47,434 nucleotides of DNA from Catajapyx aquilonaris. Its lineage: Eukaryota. The notes under the pieces were generated by a model. That model worked only from the letters and a program-made list of their open reading frames with translations, did no database searches and was not told the DNA's origin. Both the position numbers and the translations under genes were made by a program. Of this stretch, positions 22,777 to 34,700 are shown in pieces (within the stretch, counting starts at the first letter, position 1; each line of letters begins with the position of its first letter). The stretch spans positions 1 to 47,434 of the forward strand of contig KZ538787.1 in the NCBI GenBank assembly GCA_000934665.2. The letters are read 5' to 3'.

Positions 22777-25700
22777 CTGCTAGCAGGTACAAAATTAGCA
22801 TAAGAATTTTGTTTTCAATCAGGAGCAGGATGTTTCAAATACACCATTGATATTCTCTCTCAAAATACACATTATTAGAATCTTACTACTACCACTCTAA
22901 CTTCAAACCTTGCCTGTACAGAAGAAAACCAAGTACCAAGAAGACATGCATGTTGGCAATTTTGATTGCACTGAACACCCATCTTATAACAGCTGTTCCT
23001 GTGATAAAAAGATGTGGAACTACTTTTGTCATACACAATGTAGGTTCACCACTTGGCAAAGGGATGCTTGTACAGGTTCAAAGTTAGCATAATTCAAGTA
23101 TGCACTTGCATAAAAATTTTACACTATCTATTCATATTTCTACCCAATACTTCTAGCCCAATATTTCAGTGGAAGGGTGGGTCCAAGTCACAGCCACAAC
23201 AAATCATGAGGTCCATAGCAAGTTGCTACATGATGATCCTCAAATTTACGAAGAAATATGCAGTGGCAAGCAATTTTCAGCATTAAGCTGCATTCACATG
23301 CGAGCGATTTGATCGGCGAGGTTGCAGCGATGTCATCACCGAGAGGTAGTAACAATCATGGTAACTATGTATTTTTGCCCTAAACAATTGGTCTCATTGC
23401 TGCAACATGGCTGATCAAATAGCTCACATGAATACACGGCATCAAGCAGCTTCTTAATAAGTAGTCAATTTTGCACAGTTGGTCTTATGGGGGCACATGG
23501 TGCCTACAATTTTTCCGACTAGTGGGGGACCAAGTTGGATCATGGGTGCAGTGTTCTCTTTGCACCGCCGGTGCAGGTGTCTTGGTGGAGGTAGAGACCT
23601 AAAATTTTCACAGCATGGCAAGGAAGATTGAGCCCCCGACGATGTTTCGAACAATTTGGATAATATTTGTGAGATCTACTGGGGGAGGAGTTTTTGAAAA
23701 ACGGCTCATAGCAGCTTGGCTTTGGATGCAAATTTGGGAAATATATCGACGATATTTGACGGAAAAAGGATTCCTCTCTTGCTCCTCCAAAGCGCAATTA
23801 ATTTGGGCTATTGATTTTTGCACTAAATGTAAAACCGTGTCACCACCACACCGCGTAAAATCGGAGGGAGAAGATAGAACAGTTGGTTACGGGTCGTGCA
23901 AATACCACGTGACCGTTTTGGGGGGAGGTGGGGGGGGGGGGGGNCGAAAATTCACGTGGTATCTCTGAACACAGTGAATTGGCACATATGGGAGCTTTTA
24001 CAGATGCACGTGTGTTCAAAATAACCTAAAATTCGAAATCAGCGACCCCGAAAACATGGGGAGATTTGCTTTTTACGTGCTTAAACAGTTTCGTTGAGGA
24101 GCTATCATTTTCGATCCCTTTTTTATGATAACTTTGACATTTTTTAAAAAACCACGTGAAAAGGGGGGGTTCCCAATGGATACCACGGTCGGTCACTGGG
24201 CGGGGGGAGGGGGGTGTCACAAAGTGGCCTAAAATCGGTAACGTGGTATTTGCACGGCCCCTTACCTGTCTAGGCCGCCAGGGAACCAATTCGGGGCTAA
24301 ATAAATAAAAAAGGGCGTGGGTGGCAGGGAACCCACTGTTCTACTTTCAAAGTTCTCCCGCTGAATTTACACAGTGCGGTGGTGACAGTTTTACATTTGG
24401 GGCAAAAACCAATGGCCCAAATTAATTGTGCTTAGAAGTAAGAAAGGATTACTTTTTCCATCGAATATCGTGGAGATATTTCCCAAATTCGAATCCTGAG
24501 CGACGATGCCGTGAGCTGTTTTTCAAAAACTCATCCCCTCACAGATTGCTCAATTATCCATTTATCGAAACTTCGTCGGGGGCTCAAATGGACCTTCCTC
24601 GCCATGCTGTGAAAATTTCAGGTCCATACCTCCAGCAAGATGCCCGCACCAGCGGTGCCAAGAGAATGCTGCATCACTGACTCGGCCCAACTTGGCCCCT
24701 GTGAGTCGGAAAAATAGTAGGTACCATGCGCCCTTAAGAGCAACTGTGCAAAATGAACTATTTATTAAGAAGTTTCTTGAAGCTGCGTTTACATGTGAGC
24801 GATTTGATCAGCGAGTTTGCAGCGATGAGACCAATTGTTAACAGTATAACAGTAATAATATGTATAACAGATTTGGAATCCGCGGCAAAAACACTTTTTC
24901 AAACACATATCATAACCCGAGAAAAAATACCCTTGTCGAACAGTGTAATTACTTCAATACTTCAATTTCAGTAATGACTAAAATGACCCAGATACTTGGA
25001 ACACCCAGTAAAATTTTTCTGGCCCCTCTAAAAATGAGCAAGAAAATAAAAATTACACCATCTTTGTATTAATTTTGTAATGAGGGTGAAAACATAACAG
25101 TTCATCCCCAGGCAACCCCCTCAGGTGGACCAACCTATGTCTTGCCCCACCTACAACCATCATGAAGTGCCATGATCTACCATCACAGAGTTATGGGATG
25201 GGTGGCTTCAATCTTCAAGCATCCAACCTAGGACGGATACACACACATACACACACAAGCTAATGTAACTCTTCCTATATACACATTACATATAGGTTTA
25301 TAACTTGTTTTCATGATTACTTATAGCAATGAATGGCATCCAATTGTCCACTGCAAGATTGGGCTAGATACAATACAATAATATCTAAACATCCTCACCT
25401 GACGGAAGATCTGAGCTCTTCATAAACATTCTCCTTGTCAAATCCAAGCTTGTGCAGCATACAGACCAAGAACCGGTCCTCCTCCTCAGTGTAGTTCTTC
25501 CCCTTATTGGTCCCATATGCAATCCTGAGTTGATGGAAGGGAGCCCTGTACCTGGCCATCTTGGCATCTAGGGCCTTCTTGATGCTGGCACGTCTCTGTA
25601 TCTTTGCCTCTCCTCTTTCTATCTGAGCCATAATTCTGTCGATATCCTGCAGCTCATGGCACCGCTCCCAGAATACTGCACTATACTCCATCACCTCCTC

Positions 25701-28700
25701 AGGAGTCTTACCTGTCAATCATAAAAATACGCAATGACATGCGTAATATAACTGATATGTAGCATTTACGTACCATGCCAGGGAGCTATGACATTTCATG
25801 GTGCGACTGATAGCACATGCATGGCATGTCATAAGCACCTACATGGAAATACAACCCAGATACTCCTGTTATATCTCTTTATAATTATGCTCATTCTGAG
25901 CCTCATGAATATAATTAGCACATAAAACGGTAACAGGCATGAAAGTCTTATAATTTCAAACTGATCACATCAAAAAGAAGGAAATTTCCTGTTACCTTCA
26001 ACATCCTTAGCGATGTTCTCGATGTCATCCCGCCCATACTTCTCATTTGCCTTTATGAACTGGTTAAAATCCCTCTTCGTCCAGTTAGTGAAGCCTTGTG
26101 TAAGCAACTTTTCCTTCTCACTTTGCTCCTCCTCTTCTAAAGGCTTGGCGTCATCAATCTTTCTCTGCTCTTCTTTCTGCACTTTAGCTGCATCTGCACC
26201 CAGCTCAGGATTCCTGGGCACTTTGTAGTCCAAGGTCTTTCGGTAATGGTAAATCTCTTGGTCAAGAAGTTCAAAGAGGCGTGGGGGGAAAAACTGAAAG
26301 TCTTGCACAATCGGCTGCTTTGGGGGACGAGGGGCTTTTGGGGCTTTTGGTTCAGATACTCGGAGGGCTTCACGAAAGTAAGCATCCACCTGCCAGAAAA
26401 AAAGGCATATCTCACTAAATCCTTATAAGCTCGCCATAATTTTATCACAAACAAGTTGAATAAATATCAATCATACTTTTACTGCTAACAACACAAAACA
26501 ACACAAAAACAATAAAGTGATATCTCGCCAAGGGGTTCACATGTGGGTGGGTTTAGCACTAATTTTAGTCTCAAGAATCTGCCAACTGGAGCTCTGTCCC
26601 TCATCCCATCCTTAGGTTTCTGGGATAGTCCTATGAAAAGTTCCTAGGATTAAACTATTGTTTTAATTTCTTGGTCTTGGGCATAAAGACCATCAATAGG
26701 AGACAAGAACTCGGGCCACTCTTGCAGGAAACTTATAAAGAGAGAGAGAGCACCTATTGGGTGGAATTTGGATAAACTATTGTTTATCCGCACCTTAAAA
26801 ACGCGGTCGGGGTTGGGCGGTCGGGGGGCCTCCCGACGGTTGGCAACGTTGCGTCGCAAACAATCGGGCGCCTTGATACTGCTGCCAGCCAAATTCTAAT
26901 GCCTTCACGGTTGCTTGACGAAGTGTCGTTCTTTGGGTTAATGGACGGCAGCAACCGTCATGGCTTTCATATTTCCCACCTCCTTCATTAATAGAACTCG
27001 TCTGATCGGTTCGCAGGAGTAACGTGGCAGGAGTAACGTGGCAGGAGTAACAAGACGCCCTTTGTTGTGCTCTCCCGGCAACCGATAGTTTGCGACCCGT
27101 AGCCAACATGTTTGGAGCCCACCACGCCGCGTAGCTAGGTGCGGATAAACGATAGACTTTCCTGGAATTTTTGTCGTACTACTAGTTACTTTTAACTTAG
27201 CAGTAGCAGTGTAATGCAATGGTACTGCTAAGTTAGTAACTAGAATATGACGAAAATTCCACCCATTGTTGCGATGTTCAGATATGCTGCTAATCAGTCA
27301 AGGCCAAATGCAAGTGTTTACAATGTGCATGTCAGAATACCTGAATCATTCAAAGGTCAACATTATTCGACATTTTGACTTCTTTAGTGGCAAGAGTGGG
27401 AGGCAGAACCTATCTGGCACCAAGCCTGACAACTTTTCTAAAGGACTAAAACCACAACAAATACTTGTAGTACGAATATGTAATAACGAATATGTACGAA
27501 TATGTACAACTTTGGCCAAATGGCAAATGTAAAGGACTAAAACCAACACTGTCAATGCGTAGACCCCTTCATGTAACAACACTCACGGCATAGTTCGCCT
27601 TCCTCTCTCGTTTGGGAGGCTCAATCCAGTTTCCAATTCCGAAAGCTTTCTGCTTCTCTCTGTAATCCTCCCCCTCAAACTGATACACAGAATCTGTTGG
27701 ATTATCCATAGTAAAGTTTCGCAGAGTCGATTCACCCATTGTTGCCAGACGCTGGTTCAACTCCTCTGTGCGAGCTTCGCCTTTTTCAAGCAGAGCATCA
27801 ATGTTTTCATCTGTCACCTTCGGAGGAAGAGAGCCTGGTTATAACATAGTTTAAGCAAATGCATGATAGTTATTGTCATCAATCTATTTACCTCTGAGTC
27901 CCGGGAGGAGAAGACATGGTTAGCCCCATGCCTTATAATGGAAAGCATCTCATCTTTATTGAGAGCAATGGACTTGCTATCCACCAGTCTTCCCTGCTGA
28001 ATAACTAACTTGTCCAGGCGGAGCTTAACTTCTGCACGCTCGACGATCTTTTCCTCTACGGTGTTGTCTGTTAGAAAACGGAACACACGCACCTGCTTTT
28101 TCTGGCCAATACGATGAGCCCGATCCTGGAAATGCAATAAGCATGTGATTAGGTAAGTTTTGAATTTTTTAAATCACACATTCCTAATCAAGTTGTGTAG
28201 AATTTTCTGCCATCTTTCCAAAGGGGGGAAATATCAGTATGGCTCAGTATATTGTATTAAATTGGTAACGCCAGCTCTCCATGTTACCAGACATCTTTGT
28301 TCGCTTTCCTTGACCTGTAAACTCAGATGATTAAAAGTTGTGGACTAGTAAGTGACTAGCCTCTACACTTTAAGGGCACCGTACGCATTAACTACGCAAC
28401 GGAGCCAAAAACTAATTGCACATCCCTATATTAGTTTTGCGAGTACTACTTGCCCTACACCAGTGTAGTTCGCCCACCCCTAAAAAATGGAGTGGTGGAG
28501 TAATAAACAAAATATGATAAAACATCACAGCTAAGATTATCTGGACTTTAGAATAGATAATTATGAAGCGCAACAATGTAGTTAGGGGGACACCAAAGTT
28601 GAAATTGATTTGACAGTTAATAACAGTGAATTTCCATGGGGTCCCGTAAAAAGTCCTGCCACTACGTTTATATGTTACTTAGCAGGACATAAATTTTAAA

Positions 28701-31700
28701 TGAACCTGAGGGTCCACACAAACCTTTGAACACAGCATTAAAATGAATTACAAAAAATCCACCACAGAATTTAGCCCTAATTAGACGGGCTGTTTTTTCG
28801 CGTCTTTGCAAGATTCTGCGAGAAAATCACTTGCGTTGTCATTTGAGGGACCACACGTGACTAATCTAGTGATTAACATCGTGTAGTGTCTAGGCTTGAT
28901 CCTGAGGCAATTTATGGGACCCTCTTGCCATACCATGCGGAGATTTTAATTATTAAAAGTCTCAACAGATGCATCAGGGGTGCGTTTCGCGCCTATGTAT
29001 TTTTTAAAGCTGCCATACCATATATGGCACGCCCGTCCTATAAAGGTTAAAAATGTTTATCACAGCTTGCAAAGGGATTTTAAAAGCCATTTCACATTAA
29101 TTCAATTGAATTTTTTTATCATAGCACATTGGACTGAGGTCTAAATAGCCCATGAAGTCACATTTTTATTTATTTATAAATAACACAGTTCAATGTTGTA
29201 CACCAAAGTGCTGCAATTTCAGAAAAAGTCCACGAGCCACATACATTTTTAAATTCAGTGGTAGATATTTTGTAATTAATTTTAATGCTGTCTTCAGGTT
29301 CATTATTAAAATTAATGTCCTGCTAAGTAACATATAAATGTTGGGGCAGCTATTTTTACCAGACCCCACAGAAATTCATTGTCAGGTGTAAACATATTTA
29401 TGTCAGCTGTTAACTGTAAAATCAATTTCAACTTTGGTTCAACTTAGCAGCCTGTGGCCATGAAGATATAGGTGCAAGGGGACTATTTTTGGTTGGAAAA
29501 CAAAGAGACGGCTTGCGGGAGGGCCAAGTAGATTGTGACTCGTGATTCGTAAGTGCCCTGCCTTCATGTTTAGCTTAACGTTCAGTCCAGTTTTAAAATG
29601 TCGGAGAAGAGGAAAGGGTTGCCACAAACTCAATGTATTGCCAATGTCTGGGCTGATGGTCCAATAAAGCAGACAAAATTAATAACCCAAAAACTTGGTG
29701 TGGCTAAATTTAGTGCCTCAAATGGGTGGCTGGAAAGTTTCCGAAACAGGCACAGAATTTCGTGGAAAACTGTGTCGTGAAAACTGTGTGCAAGTGTTGT
29801 GAATATCAAAGTAGAAAAAATTGGAAGGAGAAAGTGGAAAGTGTTTGTTCAGGGCAGCCCACGGACACTACCCTTATCTTCTGGGCTTCTCACCTGCCGA
29901 GGGATTACGCACCGGGTGCTCCCTTGACACCGCCACAAGCCATTTCCCAGAGCATTTATGTGGCGACCCTACGGGACTAAGGCTGAACTTTATAGGTACG
30001 AAAGGGTAGGGCTACATTGGGGGGCCCAACATGGCCGCCGAATGCTCTGGGAAATGGCTTGTGGCGGTGTCAAGGGAGCACCCGGTGCGTAATCCCTCGG
30101 CAGGGGGTGGGTGGGGAGTGACCAGACCTTATCTTCTATGGCCGTGGTTCAGGGTATTCCAAGGAGGACATCTTAAACTGCAAAGAAACTGCCATTTTTT
30201 TACACATGCAGTACACCAGGCAGAACAGACTATTCCACAAAAATGCTGTTATGGACTTGATTATGCACCATATTGAGGTAAGGTGCTTATTTTTTCCTCT
30301 CTTTCTCATCAGCAAAAAAATATCAGTAACGTCCTTGATCCGAATATAGCGAAAACCTATATTTTTTGGGGTCTTATGTGATTCCGCAATACACAGGTTT
30401 CGCTGTATAATCACCACAGGGGAATTTTCTATAGTCAGGTCCCTCCCAATTTTTCAGGCATGGCTGCCCTATGCACAAAAATATGTATTACCTAGTAAAA
30501 TGGAACTACCAGAAAAGACACTGACCATGGCTTGCAGGTCCATCTGTGGATTCCAGTCTGAATCAAACAAAATCACACAATCTGCAGTGGCCAGATTAAT
30601 TCCAAGCCCACCAGCCCTGGTAGACAACATGAACAGAAACTTCTCACTCCCAGGCTCATTAAATTCGTTGATCTGACGCTGACGATCTTCATGGGGTGTC
30701 TGGCCATCCAGTCTACAGTACTGTGAAAAATACATTTTTGCAACTATTAACATATGGGTCATTCCATCTCAATTCTGTAAATTTTCTGAAAAGTTGTGGC
30801 TTGACCCCTTCCGATGTAACTGAAAAAAATCAGGTAGGTAGGACCCACACATTACTGCGAAATCCTAAATTTGAGGCCGCTGGAGTCAAATCTCACGGAG
30901 ATATAACAATGGAAAGTTCAACAATGACGTCCATATAAAGTATTTTTAACTGTTCAGACTGTTCTCCTAACACCAACATAATAATATAATAATAATGGAT
31001 ACCCCGTGATAGGGCCCTTGGGCCTCTTAGGGGATCATCTTTTAATAGACCGACTTTAATCATTTGCCTGTAATGTGATGGATTTTGATAGTGGGAGGAA
31101 ACGGGAGAACCGCGAGAAACCCCACGCGAACACTGAGAGAACCCATCGAAACTCTATCCACATAAGTATCCTCCGTCCGACCCGGGGATCGAACTCGGGA
31201 CCTTAGAGGTGGAAGGCTGCGGCGCTAACCACTCAGCCACCGTGTCGCCCTTTCCTAACACCAACATGTTATACAGGGTGATCTGTTTGGGTAGGGATAA
31301 TTTAAAATATGTATCACAAGCAACATTTAAGCCATTCCAAGTTGAAATTCTGCCAGTTTGGCAGAGTGAGATGGGAGATGCATGCCCTGTACTCAGTGTA
31401 CATGCATTGGCCCTGCATCATGACCAAAGAGCCTGGATGTGACGTAACCAGCCGTACCGACCTCGTTCTTCTCTGAGGACACAATACGAGCAGGACCATA
31501 CTTTGACATTCTAAGATCTCTTTGACATTCTAAGATCTTCTTGGTACCACAACTGGACAACAATGTCATTTTCCAGCAAGATGGGGCCCCACCCCACAAG
31601 TCACTGGAAGTCAGGAAGTTCAATAACACTTTCAATGACAACAATTGGTGTGGCCATGGTGGCTTTATTCCTTGGCCTGCCAACTCCCTGGATCTCTTTC

Positions 31701-34700
31701 CCCGATTTCTTTGTGTATGGTTTGTGAAGACTGTCATCCACGGAAAACGACCTCAAAGCCTGGATGACCTGGAGGTGAAAATTTCTGCAGCCTTTGCACA
31801 AATCACTCCGGAAATGTTACAAAACACATGGCAGGAATTGAGCACCCGATATCAACTCTACCGAGTACACAAAGGGGGTCATGTGAAGAACTAGACAAAC
31901 TCCCACTCATAAAGGTAATCTCTGCCTAATTTGAATCGGTTATGTCTGTTACAACACATACCACAGCATTTTAAAATTATCCCTACCCAAACAGATCAAC
32001 CTGTATAATTGAAGACGTCACTTGCCAAAGGGCCCAAGTCCACGAGATACAAGTTTTCAGGAGAGACAAAAACTGCATGTATGCTTCATTGCTCCATATG
32101 GAGTTTCGCAGTTTATGATTAAATTTTAAGGTAGTTCTGGTTGACTTAGGCCCTCCATCTTCACCAGGGCTGTGAGGCCCAACTCCAAGATTCGGAATTC
32201 GCAATAAAAAGGGTTTTTCGAAATTTGGGACTTGGGCCCTTGGGCAAGTGACAGCTTCAATTACACAGGCCAACAAGTTTTTTGTTGCATTGATGCCAGC
32301 ACTGGTTCTTGCCTAATTCAAGTGTGCTGAATCCAAATCTGATGTAAGTTTTTCTCTGTAAGCTATAGATTTTCTACAATTCGAAATTTAAGTTTTCGCA
32401 ACATTTTGGCACCTGTCGCATGATGACATGATCTCTGAGGAATTGAAGAGCGATTTCCCAAAACAAGTTCAGTCCACATTTGCCGAAAATGAGTTATGCC
32501 CACAGCCTTGTAGCCCATACCGAGATCTATCGGTTAGGTCGAACAGGCACTCTGAAAACCCGTTCCGTTTGCTCGAAACTGGGCTCCAAAGTTTGAGATC
32601 TTTCCCAGAACAAGTTCATATTTCCAACCTGTCTCACCGAAAACGAGTTCAATCCATCTGCGCATGCGTAGTCGCGAGAGCGGCTAATCAGCTGTGCATT
32701 TCAACAAGGCGGCTGCTCACAGTTTGGGTAATAGGTGCCATGTTTGATCATTAATGGAGTTAAAATTATATAGTTTGGGAAGCCTAATGCAGTGGGAGGA
32801 TTATGTTGAGTTCCCAGTGTGCAGGAAATATTATTTGGAATAAAATAATTTGTTGCAGTGAAATCAATCATTCTGGTTGTATTGGTACTTCTGCCTAGCC
32901 TTCCAGATTGCAAGTGAAATAGGTATGAAGCAAGAAATTAATGAAACATTAGCCTGCACTTGCGAAACTTAAATCGAATGCTCTTTCAAGCCCCATTTCA
33001 CATTAAGTTTCTCTGAAAACAAGTTCAGTCCAAGCACTGAACTTGTTTTTGGAGAGACGTGGAAATTTAAATGACCCCATTTCCATCCCTTCAATACTAT
33101 GATTTTCTCACACAATACCATGAAAAAGTGTGTCAGATTAGACGCAGAACATATCAAAGATGAAATGCTAAAACCTACTAGGTTTTGAAATAGACAGTTT
33201 TTTCTCTCTCCTGAAAAATGTTGCAAATGGACTGAACTTGTTTTGGGAAATTGCTCTATTCGTGATCATACAGTCTTAAAATGAGGCTTAAACAACCGTC
33301 TTTGTAAAGATATATTAATTTTTTATTCACAAAAAGTCGTTGGTGCATAACAATGTTTGGTTCGATTTTTCGGTTTGGTTTGGTTCGACATGAGCTCCAT
33401 TTGTCGCTTGGCAAATGTAAATATGGTAATCAGTGTCATGCCTAACCCGCACAGACATATCATGTCTGGCATTACCGTTGTAATCTTTTCCCATAGGGCA
33501 TAGGTGATGGAGATACGGTGCTGGACAAATTAGCCGTCGCTGAATGTTTTTTTCCAGCGGCGGCGGGGTTACCTGGCAACCATGTCCGGCGGGCCAATTC
33601 AAACTTCAGCCCATGGAGAGCGCTTCCATTGTTGCCACTGTTTACAAATCGAGTGAGTGACGCGGACGACCCCGCGACAGGTCTCTTCTGCCTGCGCACT
33701 CACTCACTCGATTTGTAAACAGTGGCAACAATGGAAGCGCTCTCCATGGGCTGATGTTTGAATTGGCCCGCCCAAAGAGTTCTGCTATATTATATATATA
33801 CCTAGAGGAGGCACTCGGGCTGAAATGTGAGGCAGGCAACAATATTACCTCCAACAAGATGGCGGACGCCTGACATTATTGAACTAATTGTCACCCAGTT
33901 GTCATTATTGGTTGTTGTCCCAGTTGCTAGACAACTGTTAGAACAACAATATTACCTCCAACAAGATGGCCGCTGCCTCAGCCTGTCTAATGGAAAAGGA
34001 TAGGGAGTACCTCCTCTAGGTATTATATTATATAATAGCCAAACTCTTCGGGCCCGCCGGACAGGGTTGCCAGGTAACCCCGCCACCGCCGCCGCTGGAA
34101 AAAAACATTCAGCGACGGCTAATATGTCCAGCACTGTACCTGATCTTTTCACCATACATGTATCTCCACAAAAATGTCAATCGGGGTAAGATCTGGGCTT
34201 CTGGGGGCTAGGCACTGGGAAAATTCTCATTCACGACTTCGCACACTGGGAGGCTGAACAAGTGAGACTTTTCTATGGCAGGATTGTTTGCATGAGGCTA
34301 CTTTTCATTTGCATCATCAAGAACAATGTTTGTGGTGTAAAAAACATTGTTCTTGATGATGCACATTGGGCCAGTCATCTTCCAGCACCTACGGGTTAGA
34401 ATCACAGCAGTAATCCAGATATGATTGAACTCGGGACCTTAGAGGTGGAAGGCTGCGGCGCTAACCACTCCGCCACCGTGTCGCCCGATGAATTACTTTA
34501 TTATGAGACCAAAGGCAGCTGTTAATGCTATTTGGCCTTCACTCCTTAGGCTTAAATTACGAGATTTTAGGGTCACACTGAAAATTTTTATGTCCAAAGT
34601 AGTTCCAACGCTGACTTATGCCCTCCCAGTTTGGGGGCCTCAGTATCTGGATAACCTCGAGATTGCTCAGAACTTATTTGTCTTTTTTTTTTTCCACTGC

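Noticed and set aside
27012..27051. GCAGGAGTAAC(GTG) three times
   Set aside because: 14-bp minisatellite without unique spacers, in eukaryotic context; not CRISPR.
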